In this document: positions 1 through 14,781 of the stretch, piece by piece
Numbering within the stretch: the first letter of the stretch is position 1
Layout of the letters: every line of letters starts with the position of its first letter
Assembly: GCA_951406725.2 (NCBI GenBank)
Contig: OX597822.1
Coordinates: forward strand, 14,322,001-14,386,000
Direction: 5' to 3'
DNA: 64,000 nt
From: Octopus vulgaris
Taxonomy: Eukaryota
Program-made: the position numbers and the translations under genes
The notes under the pieces: generated by a model
Database searches by the model: none
What the model was told of the DNA's origin: nothing
Seen by the model: only the letters and a program-made list of their open reading frames with translations

Positions 1-519
1 GTCTGTCTGTCTGTCTGTCTATCTATCACACACACACACACATACACACACACACACATACACACACATATGCATGTATCTATGTATATGGACTTATGCA
101 TGAAAATATTTATTCTCAGGTACATATATATATGTATGTATTTATATCTATGTATTTATAATTAGGTATATATGTGTGTGTGTGCGCGCGTACGCGTATG
201 CGTGTGTTTGTATGTGCACACATTCATACAAACATATGCATGAACGCACACACATACTCACGCATATAGATAAATTCATAAATTAAAAAGGTTCTCATTG
301 AATTGTTGCATTTTTCGATTCTTACTTTTGGTTTCATAAAATCTCTTCGAATGAAATAATCCAGACTAAACGTCCTTGACCAATAAGAATCGATCTGATT
401 AAATTCTTCTAAGGAGCGGCTTTACTGGTGAATTTTAGTTTCCTTCCATTTTCAAGGAATCGCATCGCAGAAATCACAGACGCATTTTGAGAGGGTGTGA
501 AGCCATCTACTGCCTCTTA

Positions 520-795
520 CGTGTTTCGGTGATTAGCCAGCGGCCATGTTGGGACATCGTCTTGAACAAATTTTAGTCGAATGACTCAACCCCAGCACTT
601 ATTTTTTAAAAAGACCTGTTGCTTTTCCTATCAGTCTATTTTGCCGAACCTTTAGATTACAAGAACGTAAACACACAAACACCGGTTGTTAAACGGTGGT
701 GGTGGGGTAAATGCAGACACAAACGCACACATATATAAACGACGGGCTTCTTGCAGTTTCCGTCCACCAAATCCACTCACACACAACCAGACCTG
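520..795 (-). mobile_element. SINE family A copy (degenerate, 5' head truncated)
   Basis: Reverse complement of the 14543-14982 element (cggccatgttgg...gccgaacc...cgacgggcttc...ccaaatccactcac). Confidence 0.75.
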
Positions 796-1099
796 CTCCT
801 GCACTTTGCAAATTTATCCAATACGATATCGTGAACTTTTGTTCAGCTTTTTGAAAATGACATCGTTTGAAAATCCTGCACTTCGGAAAATAATTCACAA
901 CAGTTAGTGATCTAAGTACTAGAGTAGTGAAAAACCATGAACACTTCTTCTGGGTTAAACAGAACAGTAATCCACAGATCGGCTTTATCATGGAGTTCAC
1001 AATACATCTTTTACACAGCCTCTTTATCAACGGCTGTATTACAATTGTCAAACTCCATCCACTTGTCCATCTAGTGGATCATGCCTCTCTTCAGGCCTA

Positions 1100-1630
1100 G
1101 TATCGCCCTGATAAAGAATTTAGAGGACGTTATAATGGACAGCTGTACACATTTAATATTAAGAATAAAGAAAATCCAGTTTTAAACCTCGATTTATGTA
1201 AAACCATAGGGACCTAGAACACGAGCATCCTACTGCATCTTGGAATATTTTCGGCAGGGCCACTCCATATTCCAACAATCACATATATGTACCTAAAATC
1301 GCATGATTTCCCAAAATAGACAAACCGTCTAAAAGTTTTCCAGAAGGAATATCTGTTCGTAGAGGAGATTCTGGCAGGAGAAATTTCAGCATTACGAGAT
1401 AAGTCACTTGAATTTGAGAAAGTGTTGAATATAAGAAACGAGAGATGTTACTTTATCAATGAATATATTACTCCGACGTAGTAGACACCTGAGAGTTTAA
1501 TGGTCGGGATGTAAACTTGTTGCACTTCCCGACACGTGATCGGTCTTGATTAATAAAATTTAACCTTACTGAAGACCCAATGAGGAGTAGGATGAGGTTG
1601 TTCTACCAGAAACTCGTGATTAAATCTCCT
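1100..1630 (+). mobile_element. Degenerate Penelope-like element remnant (GIY-YIG endonuclease C-terminal part, followed by a decayed hammerhead-like motif)
   Basis: Broken-frame peptides EFRGRYNGQLYTFNIKNKEN, WNIFGRATPYSN and KVLNIRNE parallel the 21050-21364 ORF; ccaatga-ggagtag...ctacc-a-gaaac near 1576-1615. Confidence 0.45.
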
Positions 1631-1810
1631 TTGATGGATCGCATTTGAAAGATCAGGCTTGTACTACTTTCTATGAGTATCAAACATTTTCTATGACTTC
1701 AACAGCAACGACTGGCTCTACGTCACTATTAGTGGCAATCATTATCTCTTCTTTTTGGCAAAACATTGCAAACTGCTTTATGTTTTAATGTTACACACAC
1801 AAATACACAC

Positions 1811-1986
<176 letters not shown>

Positions 1987-2152
1987 ATGAAATGGATAAA
2001 TGAATTATCTTGTTACGGATTATTCAAAATTTAACCGTTACCTGTGTAGCAAAAATCACACCAGAAAAGACACGGTTGAGGTTACGACCATGGGGTTTCG
2101 CCCCGTGCTTTAGCGCGGATAATTGAAGTTTTATATATTTATAAATTCCTGG

Positions 2153-2238
2153 ATTTTCCTGAAGAGAAAGCTGCAGAATGGTCTCCTTATTCAATCCGAA
2201 TTTGGGAATTTGCAGCCTTTGAAACATGTGTAGAAAAT
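2153..2238 (+). ncRNA. Type I hammerhead ribozyme motif with long stem II
   Basis: attttc-CTGAAGA-gaaagctgca...tgcagccttt-GAAA-catgtg-TA-gaaaat; stem I attttc/gaaaat is perfect; predicted GUA cleavage after 2232. Confidence 0.75.
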
Positions 2239-2287
2239 AATAAAAAGGAATTTTGTAGAATCTTTTCGGCTCCATTTCTTCCTTCAC

Positions 2288-2350
<63 letters not shown>

Positions 2351-2352
<2 letters not shown>

Positions 2353-2540
2353 CGGAAGGTTTACGAAAATAAACAAAAGACGAAGGCAGGTGGAGTACAA
2401 ACAAATAATGTATTAGGTATGGCGCTCAGGAATAGAAATAAAACAAGTCTTTTACGTTTCGAGCCTACGCTCTTCAACAGAAAGATACACAGAAAAGAAA
2501 CAAGGAGAGAAAAAATTGCGTGTAGGGGCTAACGATCCAG
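2351..2540 (-). mobile_element. Short repeat carrying a minimal hammerhead-like motif; same family as 9110-9305
   Basis: Minus strand ttctgttgaagagcgtaggctcgaaacgtaaaaga; shares aaaagacgaag...tgtatta...cgctc and tacgtttcgagcctac with 9110-9305. Confidence 0.5.
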
Positions 2541-2674
2541 TATGTATGTATGTATGTATGTATGTATGTATGTATGTATGTATGTATGTATGTATGTATG
2601 TATGTGTGTGTGTGTGTATGTAAGTATGCATGCATGTATGTATGTATGTATGTATGTATGTATATATATATATG

Positions 2675-2719
<45 letters not shown>

Positions 2720-3073
2720 TACATATGTACACGCACACACTTACACGCACACATAAACGTACATACACAAACATACAACATACACAAGCGTCATTTTACT
2801 ATTTTTCTAATACAGTTCTATATTTAAGAGATGAGGAATTATGTACATTATTTACATTATTTACATTTGACGGATATTTGTCCTCATCTTGTTTGTTGTT
2901 AGCACAACGTTTCGGTTCCCTCTTACTCGATCGGACATCGGAGAGATGCCTTACCAACAATTGCACAACCTAAAGTTTAAGGTCCAATAAGGATTGTGCA
3001 GCACCTAACAGACCCTCTCTACGCAAATACAGACAAGCCAGGGCAAGACATCTAGTGCCAATATGGGGTGCAT

Positions 3074-3378
3074 GGAGACACATGGCTTAGTGGTCAGAGA
3101 AGCGGGCTCGCGGTGGAGGGATCGTGGGTTCGAATCTCAGACCGGGCGATGTGTGTGTTAATGAGCGAAAAGATCTAAGCTCCCCACAGCTCTGGCAGAA
3201 GGTAATGGCGAACTTCTGCTGACTCTTTCGCCACTCTTTCCTCCTGTATCTATCAGCTCACCCGCGACGGACCGGCGTCCCGTGCAGGTGGGGAACATAT
3301 ACGCCAATGAAACCGGGAAACCGGCCCTTATGAGCCAGGCAAGGTTTGAGAAGGAACAAACAACAACAACAACAACAA
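3074..3378 (+). mobile_element. tRNA-derived SINE family C with V-domain-like core and (CAA)n tail
   Basis: A box tggcttagtgg, B box ggttcgaatc, core gcgacggaccggcgtcccgtgcagg, ends gaaggaacaaacaacaac; second copy at 13887-14360. Confidence 0.8.
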
Positions 3379-3614
3379 TATGGGTTGCAGACTCAGGAAT
3401 GTTGGAGCACCATGATGTGAAGCGCAGGCAAATCTTCAAAAATGTTCAATGTTATTATCTGTGTATCCGACTTTCTATTAGAAAGACTTTCTCTGAGGCC
3501 CATAATTTAAGAGGTGCTTCACTCCCAGTGGTCTTTCAGCACGCCGAACACCATCCTCGGAATCTTTCGGGGGCCCAGGATATCGCTAGATAGTCATTGA
3601 ACCTACACGAGTTT

Positions 3615-3720
3615 CGCCCATCTTTTTGACAGGCCTTGGTTTTAGTTCTGTTGGGTTTGTAGCAACCCTCCCTCGCTAGGCAAGCCTAGAGGGGTTGCAG
3701 GTTTAGTCCCCACACAAAAA
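3615..3720 (+). repeat. About 105-bp dispersed repeat; second copy at 4510-4615
   Basis: ccatctttttgacagg..ttggttttagttctgttgggtttg..gcaagcctagagg..ttgc.ggtttagtccc occurs in both places. Confidence 0.8.
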
Positions 3721-4203
3721 GTTGTACAGAATTTCGTGTAGACAGTAGCACTTATGAGGGACCTCAGAAGTTACCTTACACACTCATACACACACATATA
3801 TGCATGCATACAGGTACACACACATATGTGTATCTGTACACACACGTAAATATATGTATATATACACTGGCAAATGAATTGTTTTATATATATTCATATG
3901 TAAAAGATACAGGGAGTTTTCGTCAGGGTGTCACAAACCAATAGGTATGCCACTAAAATTCCGATGTGAATGGCGGTTGAAGTTGTGGCTTTGTGACAGT
4001 CTTATCCAAATAGGCTAGAATTGACTTTCCCCTTAAGTCAGTAGGTTTAGGTTAATGTAAAAAGGAGAGGCTAACAAATTGGCAAGGCTAGACAAGGGTA
4101 TTTAATTAATTTTAGCTTTCATTGTATAACTAAATTAAATTAAGTGTCCCTGTCGAGTTTGCCAATTAATTTGACTCTCCTTTTTTATTTAGCCTATATA
4201 TAC

Positions 4204-4234
<31 letters not shown>

Positions 4235-4394
4235 CGTGAATATATATATATATATACATACATACATAGAAGAATAAATAATAAAAATTAAAAAAAGAAA
4301 CAAATGTTATAAATTATAAGGCATTGAAAGAGAATGACTCCCTCCACACACATACGTACATACATACATACATACCTACATATATATATATATA

Positions 4395-4454
4395 TTGATT
4401 GATTGATTGATTCTAGTTTCAGCTTATGAGCTGTGGCCATGCTGGGGCACCGCC

Positions 4455-4457
<3 letters not shown>
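4395..4457 (-). mobile_element. Extreme 3' end of the CR1-group LINE (47 bp plus (TCAA)n tail)
   Basis: Minus strand aatggcggtgccccagcatggccacagctcataagctgaaactagaa matches 51261-51308. Confidence 0.8.
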
Positions 4458-4496
<39 letters not shown>

Positions 4497-5519
4497 TATA
4501 TACTAGGTTCGTCCATCTTTTTGACAGGTCTTGGTTTTAGTTCTGTTGGGTTTGAAGCAACACTCCCTAGCCAAGCAAGCCTAGAGGAGTTGCGGGTTTA
4601 GTCCCTATACGAAAACGAGCAAGACAAATGAAGATACAAATTATAGTGGTCAGACCATATGGGGTCTACCTTTAGCATATTAGGAATCCACCTAGTGGTC
4701 ATTCCTCTTATATGTATGCAATATAATTTTCTAAATCTTCAGATATTTTTCTCTATACTAGGCCGCTGGTTTAAATTGATATTAATTCAATTAATATTAT
4801 TTAAATAATAATATATGCGTATATGTTATTGTATATACATGTCTGCGTATATGTGTAATTTGAAGACTGAAAATTTAAAATTATCTTAAAAACACTCATG
4901 TAAACAAAGACGACTGTTAGGACGTGAATCTGAAAATTATTAGAACCAAACAAAGAGCAGAACAATCAATAAAATTCTAAAATATGAATCAAAGACAAAT
5001 GTAAAACGAACAAAAAATGGTTATTATTTTATGGAGGTTGAAAGCTTTCTAGGAATTATTCCGTCCGGCCAACGTATGTAATTATTTATAACATATTCCA
5101 ATCTGCTGTTACATTGAGACTATACGAAAGGTTTTATGCCATTGTTGCTGTCGTCTGCATTATGGCGCTTGTTCTGAACTGTCGTCTGCTTATCTATGAA
5201 TTTGATCAAAAATAAAAAAAATGTAAATGTAGTTTAAGTTATGTGAAAATTACTTAATGTGTCATTTAATACTTACAGTTAGCTAATAACTGAATACTTT
5301 TATGCGATAATAAAAGATTAATATCTTTTATGCACATCGTACTAAAACATGTTTATAAATATACGTGTGAGCATGTGTGCGTATATGTGAGACTGTGTGC
5401 ATGTGCATGTATGTGCGTGCATGCTGTGTGTGTGTCGGTGAGTGTGTTCAGAACTTGTTTTATAGTTTCTGTCTGCACATATTTAATTATCTTTCTTTGT
5501 ACGTGTATGGTTTGTATAC

Positions 5520-5581
<62 letters not shown>

Positions 5582-5634
5582 GACACACACACACATACGC
5601 GCACACACACAAACTCACACACACACACGTAGGA

Positions 5635-5790
5635 TAGTACATTATTTAAATTATTTAAAATTGACGGGTATTTGTCTTCATCATGTTTGTTGTTAATACA
5701 ACATTTAAGCTGATATACCTTCCAGCCTTCATCAGGTGTCTTGGGGGAAATTTCGAACCTGGGTTCTCATTCCTAAGGGAATTTTCGATG
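5635..5790 (-). mobile_element. Short repeat with decayed hammerhead; partial sister copy at 2810-2915
   Basis: Minus strand acac-CTGATGA-aggctg...cagcttaaatgttgtatt; the sister copy keeps the intact ccGAAAcgTTgtg half (acaacgtttcgg at about 2904-2915). Confidence 0.55.
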
Positions 5791-6141
<351 letters not shown>

Positions 6142-6145
<4 letters not shown>

Positions 6146-8244
6146 CTGCTAATCAATCGTATGATCCTTGAGAACTGTCACAACAAGCGCAGAAATCTCA
6201 GCACCGCATGGATTGACTATAAAAAGGCCTTCGACAGTATACCGCATCCATGGATCTTGAGATCGCTGGACATCTTCAAAATTTCCCCTGTGATTTCAAA
6301 CTTCTTGAAGCACAATATGTCGTTGTGGAATACGAATCTCCAATTGTACCACTCTAATGGAGTACTTGCCTCAGAAAATATAAACATCAACTGTGGAATT
6401 TTTCAAGGTGACTCACTTTCACCTTTAATATTCTGCATAGCCCTAATACCCCTTACAAGTGAATTAAACAGAACAGGGTATGGGTATAAAATTGCCAATA
6501 AAAAAATAAGCCATCTATTTTATATGGATGACTTAAAACTTTATGGTAAAGACAATAATGAACTTGAAGGCCTATTGCGCACCGTGAAAGCATTCAGCGA
6601 TGACATCGGGATGGAGTTTGGACTTGAGAAGTGTGCCAAGGCCACTTTCCAGAAAGGGAAAGTGAAGACCACAAATTCAGTCGTGTTAGATGTTGACACA
6701 GTCATAAGAGAGCTTGAGCAAGAACAAACATACAAATATTTAGGGATAAATGAAGGCTCTGGTATTCAGCATGCAAGCATGAAAGAGAAGATCAGGAAGG
6801 AATGTTATAGGAGAGTTCGTGCAGTCCTGAAATCTGAACTAAATGCACGTAACAAGGTGTTAGCTATAAATTCCTTAGCAGTTCCAGTTGTTACTTATAG
6901 CTACAATGTGTTGAACTGGAATATGAGTGAAGTAAAGAATATAGATAGAAAAATACGCAAGCTGCTGAGTTGTAATAGGATGCGCCACCCAAAGGCAGAC
7001 GTAGATCGCCTTTACCTTCCCAGAGCCCAAGGAGGTCGAGGCCTGATCCAATTTGAACTAGCTTACAAAACAACCACAATTGGACTGGCCAAATATCTCG
7101 AAATATCGAATGACTGGATGCTAAAGCTCGTGGAAAATCACGAGAGACGAAAGAAGCTTCATTCTATCATCAAGGGAAGCAAAAAATTTGCTATTGATCT
7201 CGTGCAGGATACCCAAACTGAACAACCCGAGGGAAGTACGGCAACTATTGTTGCAAAGAAGGTGAAAATGATGGCAATGAAAAAAGCGCACGAGCAATTG
7301 GCTGATAGGTGGGAGGAGAAACCTCTGCACGGCAAATATGTGACCCGCAGCAAACAAGCTGATGTTGACCAGAAGCAAACCCATCAGTGGCTGCGGAGCT
7401 CAGGGCTAAAAGCAGAGAGCGAAGGTTTCATCCTGGCTGTTCAAGACCAAAGCCTATTAACCCGGAACTACCAGGCCAATGTGATGAAAAATGGAGCAGA
7501 CCCAAAATGCCGATTCTGCAACGACATGATTGAAACAGTGGACCACCTAATCTCTGGATGTAAAGTCTTAGCACCAGTGGAGTATAAATTAAGACATGAC
7601 AGAGTTGGCCAATATCTCCACTGGCTAATAAGTCGGCATTACAATATCAAAACTGCCGACAAGTGGTATAATCACCACCCTGAGGCTGTAACTGAAGGAG
7701 AAAATGTAACCATTCTGTGGGACTTTCCAGTACATACAGACCGAACCATCAAGGCCAATAAACCAGATATTGTTGTGAAAGACCAAAACAATAAAGTTTG
7801 CTTATTGATCGACATGAGCATCCCCTGTGATCATAATATCTCAGCGAAAGAGTTTGACAAGCTCAGAAAATATAAAGACCTACTCATTGAAATTGAGAAA
7901 ATGTGGCATCTCAAGGCGGTTACAATACCAGTGATCGTAGGAGCACTAGGAATGATCAAGAAGGGAACCGAAAATTATATGAGAATGATCCCTGGCTTAC
8001 CGTCCCTGCAAGAAGTGCAAAAGATTGTCTTAACTGGTACATCACACGTATTGAGAAGAGCATTGTCGATGTGAGAACTGTTGCTGCTCATGTATTTTAA
8101 TTTAACTTTAAAAAAAAAAAAAAATGAACGAACTACTGAGTTTGGTTTAATGGCCTACCAATATACACTATGAGTTTCTTTGCCCTAGGAGTCGGGAAGA
8201 CACTCGGCAAGAAATGGAAGAAAATTTGAAAGAAGAAAAAAAAA
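6142..8244 (+). mobile_element. 5'-truncated R4/Dong-clade non-LTR retrotransposon inserted in (TAA)n
   Basis: RT plus CCHC finger plus restriction-like endonuclease ORF, about 170-bp 3' UTR ending in an A-run, (TAA)n directly on both sides. Confidence 0.9.
6161..8074 (+). CDS. Reverse transcriptase - CCHC zinc finger - restriction-like endonuclease (uninterrupted, N-terminally truncated)
   Basis: WIDYKKAFDS, GIFQGDSLSPLIF, FYMDDLKL, YKYLG, CRFC-x-ETVDHLISGC, RHD, KPDIVV...LIDMSIP...K..KYKDL. The frame is already open at the 6142 junction (QLLINR), so the Met is internal. Confidence 0.9.
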   Translation: MILENCHNKRRNLSTAWIDYKKAFDSIPHPWILRSLDIFKISPVISNFLKHNMSLWNTNLQLYHSNGVLASENININCGIFQGDSLSPLIFCIALIPLTSELNRTGYGYKIANKKISHLFYMDDLKLYGKDNNELEGLLRTVKAFSDDIGMEFGLEKCAKATFQKGKVKTTNSVVLDVDTVIRELEQEQTYKYLGINEGSGIQHASMKEKIRKECYRRVRAVLKSELNARNKVLAINSLAVPVVTYSYNVLNWNMSEVKNIDRKIRKLLSCNRMRHPKADVDRLYLPRAQGGRGLIQFELAYKTTTIGLAKYLEISNDWMLKLVENHERRKKLHSIIKGSKKFAIDLVQDTQTEQPEGSTATIVAKKVKMMAMKKAHEQLADRWEEKPLHGKYVTRSKQADVDQKQTHQWLRSSGLKAESEGFILAVQDQSLLTRNYQANVMKNGADPKCRFCNDMIETVDHLISGCKVLAPVEYKLRHDRVGQYLHWLISRHYNIKTADKWYNHHPEAVTEGENVTILWDFPVHTDRTIKANKPDIVVKDQNNKVCLLIDMSIPCDHNISAKEFDKLRKYKDLLIEIEKMWHLKAVTIPVIVGALGMIKKGTENYMRMIPGLPSLQEVQKIVLTGTSHVLRRALSM

Positions 8245-8319
8245 GTAATAATAATAATAATAACTAATAATATTAATAATAATAACAACAACAGCAACAA
8301 CAATAACAATAACAATAAC

Positions 8320-8369
<50 letters not shown>

Positions 8370-8392
8370 TAATAATGATGATGATGATGATA

Positions 8393-8433
<41 letters not shown>

Positions 8434-8455
8434 AATAATGATAATGATAATGATG

Positions 8456-8512
<57 letters not shown>

Positions 8513-8569
8513 GCAACAACAACAACAACAACAACAAAAACAATAATAATAATAATAATAATAATAATG

Positions 8570-8626
<57 letters not shown>
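8245..8626. repeat. (TAA)n/(TGA)n/(CAA)n tract, 3' flank of the Dong-like element
   Basis: Direct inspection. Confidence 0.95.
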
Positions 8627-8892
8627 TACATACGATACAGACGATAGTGTCGGAAATTAAGAATGAATTTCCAACAAGAATGCCTTAGAACTGCAATTTT
8701 CTAATACTTCATGCATAAAATAGTGGCAAAAAGTCTCCTTTTTTGAATTGGCCACCATTTCATACGCAGATCATTTGGAAGTTAAAATGCAGGTACTAAG
8801 CATGAAACCTGAGAAAAAGTCATATACATACATATATGTACGTACACACGCACGTGCGCGCATGTATGTATGTATGTATGTATGTATGTATG

Positions 8893-9022
<130 letters not shown>

Positions 9023-9025
9023 TAT

Positions 9026-9113
<88 letters not shown>

Positions 9114-9303
9114 TGCAAGAAAGCAAAAGACGAAGATGGGTGTGTAAACAACAAACAGATGTATTAGTTTAACGCTCGGAAAGTGAGAAAGTATCCTACG
9201 TTTCGAGCCTACACTCTTCGACAGAAAGGATCACAGAAATAAACAGGGAGAGAAATCAGAAAAAGGTTTTGTGGCTAGCGATCTATCATGGCGAATTACG
9301 CCG

Positions 9304-9362
<59 letters not shown>

Positions 9363-9520
9363 AATAAAATACACAATGGGACAAGAACGCAAAACATCCG
9401 GCCAACTAGGTGATACAAAAAGGGACAACAAAACATACAGATAGACGATGCAAAAAACACGGACGGGTCATTCGAAGCATTTTATCTTCAGTCAAGAACC
9501 GGCTCATCCTCACAATTTCG

Positions 9521-9585
<65 letters not shown>

Positions 9586-9636
9586 TACATACATACCTGC
9601 ATAACATGCGTGTATATGTATGTATCTCGTATGTAT

Positions 9637-9783
9637 CTCTTGATGAAGGAAGCCGGCCTTGTAATAATTTCTCCATGCGACTATTTCCTGGTTGCATACC
9701 CATGACTCTGCGCATATTACTTCTGCTAATTATGAACATTACGATTATTGCCTAATTCCAAGCTTCCAGAAACATCTGCCGAG
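9637..9783 (+). ncRNA. Degenerate type I hammerhead with about 110-nt stem II insertion
   Basis: ctc-tTGATGA-a-ggaagc...gcttcc-a-GAAA-catctg-cc-gag; C3 and U16.1 are mutated. Confidence 0.4.
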
Positions 9784-10171
9784 TTAAAATTCTATACATT
9801 CTATGTATCCACCTATCTCTCTGTATATAGAGATATACATACATACATACATACATACATGCATACATACGTACATACACATATACATACATATATATAC
9901 ATACATGCAGATACTCATACAGACAAGCATACATATACACATACATACACACATACATTCATACATAATTATATACCTGCATACGTACATACATACATGC
10001 ATATATACATACACACATGCATACATTCATGGAAAAATACCCTGTTGATGTTGAAATTCCAATGAAGGAGTCTTGGATTTAGGTTAGAAACCTGCTCCTT
10101 CTCTATCGGCTAGAAATCTTGAAATAAAACTGAATTATGACATACGTACAAGCAAACATCCATCCATCCAT

Positions 10172-10245
<74 letters not shown>

Positions 10246-10272
10246 GTATATACATGTAGGTATAGGTATATA

Positions 10273-11563
10273 CGAGGGACGTTCAATAAGTAATGCTTCT
10301 GACCCACTTGCAGTTGTTTGATCTAGCTGAAATTTTGCATGTGCAATTCTTTATATCACTATAGATTAAGTGGCAAATTACAGCTCTGAGCCAATTGTGG
10401 TTTCTGATTTACAGGTGTTTGAACTGAGTCAAGTGTGAAATGGAGCCTGTTGAGTGTCGAGCAGTGATCCGGTTTTTGTATTTGAAAGGACGCACACCAC
10501 AGGAGACTTTTGATGAAATGAAAGTAAATTATGGTGATGATGCCCCATCATATGACCTTGTAAAACGCTGGCATCGTGAATTCAAACATGGTCGGAACTC
10601 TGTGGAAACAGCTCCCAGATCTGGTCACCCCTTCTGCCATTGATGAGGCATCTGTCCGTCAAGTTGAGGCTGCCATTTTGGAAGATCGACGCATAATTAT
10701 TCGCCAAATAGCCCATGAGGTTAAGATTAGTACCGGGTCTGTGGAAACTATCATTCATGACCATTTGCATATGTAAAAGGTGTCTGCCAGATGGATTCCC
10801 AGGTTGCTCACACCTTTCCAGAAGCAAGAACGCGTCGAGTGCTCGAGGATGAATTTGGAGATGTGCCAAGAAGATAAGTCAAAATTTTTCAAAATACTGA
10901 TTACACAGGATGAAACTTGGGTCCATCACTATGATTCAGAGACCAAAGCCCAGTCAATGCAGTGGAAGCACCGTGACTCACCTCCTCCAAAGAAGGCAAG
11001 GGTGCAGCCCTCCGCTGGCAAGGTCATGCTCACAGTCTTCTGGGACCACGACGGAGTAGTGATGACAGATTTCCTGGCAAAGGGTACCACAATTACAGGA
11101 GCCTATTATGCTTCACTTTTGAGGAATTTATGAGAAGCTATCAAAATCAAGAGGTGGGGCAAGATCAGCAAAGGCATCCTCCTCCTGCAGGACAACGCTC
11201 CGGTCCACAACTCGCGTGTCGCCAGATCAGAAGCACAGGCGTGCTGCTATGAACTCCTCCCCCATCCCCCCTACGCCCCTGACCTTGCACCCTCTGATTT
11301 TCACCTCTTCCCAGCCATGAAGTTTTTTTTGAAAGGAAAGCATTTCACAGATGATGCAGCCTTGATTTCTAAAGTCACGTCGTGGTTGGAGGACCAAGCT
11401 GGGGTCTTCTACAAAAACGGTCTCCAGCGCTGCATCAAACGATAGCAGCAATGCGTAACTCTGGGTGGTTCCTATGTAGAAAAAGGCTAATAACTGTGCC
11501 AAGTTTCGTTGCTCTACTGCTATGGGAAGTGGGTCAGGGGCATTACTTATTGAACGCCCCTCG
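10273..11563 (+). mobile_element. Full-length mariner (DD34D) transposon with disabled transposase
   Basis: TIRs cgagggacgttcaataagtaatgc / gcattacttattgaacgcccctcg, TA on both sides, 1291 bp; WIPRLL, TQDETWVHHY, QDNAPVH, HPPYAPDLAPSDF with 34 residues between the last two Asp; frameshift near 10630 and several stops. Confidence 0.95.
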
Positions 11564-11579
11564 TATATATCTATATCTC

Positions 11580-12590
<1,011 letters not shown>

Positions 12591-12770
12591 TTTAAATGGA
12601 ATGAATGAATTATCCTTTGTTTACCGTTAACATGGAAAATTCAATAAACAGTTACCAGGGTAGCAAAATTCACGCAAGTAACACGGTAGAAACTCCGGGT
12701 TAATGTGCAGTAACTTGTGTATTATAAGTAAATAAATGGAGCTGAACGAATATGTTATTAAAATTCTTTT

Positions 12771-12853
12771 ACTTTCGACATATGTTTCGAAAACAACATG
12801 GTATTATTCCAAAGGAATAAACGGTGTAAAATTCAATCGTCTCATCAGGAACT
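12771..12853 (-). ncRNA. Type I hammerhead motif in a Penelope-like pLTR-type repeat (about 12595-13080)
   Basis: Minus strand ttc-CTGATGA-gacga...tttc-GAAA-catatg-TC-gaaag; palindromic stem III, GUC site; stem I only about 3 bp. Confidence 0.65.
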
Positions 12854-13116
12854 AAAGAGAGCCTATCTCAACAACAAGACATTATAACAATTACGTTGAC
12901 TGCCTAAATGATAAACAGAACGTTATTAAGTATTTAAAAAAAACCGTTAGTAGATTCGACGTCAAAGGCAGGTAGTAGGAAGAGAAGGGTTAAAGAAATA
13001 ATAAGTAGAGATCAAATAAAGGGGGATACGTTGGTTGAAAAAATTTTCAAAGGCTAAGAAGTAGATTTCTCTATTGAAACTTACTTATATATACATATAT
13101 ATACATATATACTTAC

Positions 13117-13242
<126 letters not shown>

Positions 13243-13886
13243 TTTCAGCTAAAGAACGAAGTATCAAATTTTAAAATAACATACGTATTGGATTCAATTT
13301 ATTCGACAAGACCCTTCAAAGCTCTACCCCAACATGGCCGCAGTATAATGATTCAAACATGTAAAAGTATAAAAATCTAAAAGATAAAAAATATAAAGAA
13401 TAATGTGTTGTTCTTGCTGTAACAAAAGATGACAGGTTATTTTCACATTTTACTACTCGGCATAGGGCCCACTCAGTGATTTATTTACTTCATTCTTGCA
13501 TGTGGGTTACAAGGATCTTCATATGAACTCGTGTGTGGAAACACATGTTGTGTCTCAGAAGGGTCATTATGCCAATAATAAACAGACGCATTGGTTCTCT
13601 TTCACTTCTGTTATTATTAGTCTATTGGTTAACTGTTTAAGCAGCTAACTAATCGATTGATTGATTTATTATTCGGCCAATCAATCAATCAGTGTTGATA
13701 AAGTTCTTTTGTCGCCATTCTTGACTTCTTCAATTACATGCTGTCTCTTCTCTAGGCTTGCTTCAGGTCTGTCTGTTACTATTAGCGTTTTAGTGATAAA
13801 TGATACACCTGAAATAATAAGAAAGAGTAGATTAATAGCAAATAATGCTTGGTGAGATATTATAACTGATTATACTTAACGATGTA

Positions 13887-14360
<474 letters not shown>

Positions 14361-14542
14361 GTCATTTTATAATAATCTGTAGTTTTATATTTTTAAGTAT
14401 TTCATTTATTTTTCTTTTGTTCGTTTTCTTTTTCTAATAAAGCACACCTGAGACGCAAGGCACAATTACACAATCATAAATATATATGCTGACACACAGA
14501 CAGATAAATATCTATACAGATACTTAGATATACTTATACATA

Positions 14543-14708
14543 GGCGCAGGAGTGGCTGTGTGGTAAGTAGCTTGCTAACCAACCACATGGTTCCGGGTTC
14601 AGTCCCACTGCGTGGCATCTTAGGCAAGTGTCTTCTGCTATAGCCCCGTGCCGACCAATGCCTTGTGAGTGGATTTAGTAGACGGAAACTGAAAGAAGCC
14701 TGTCGTAT

Positions 14709-14781
<73 letters not shown>

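Noticed and set aside
3074-3145. tRNA-like sequences here and at 13887, 14543, 30388, 34180-34252 and 63875
   Set aside because: Only A and B boxes and a partial cloverleaf are present, each followed by a shared SINE body; these are SINE heads, not tRNA genes.
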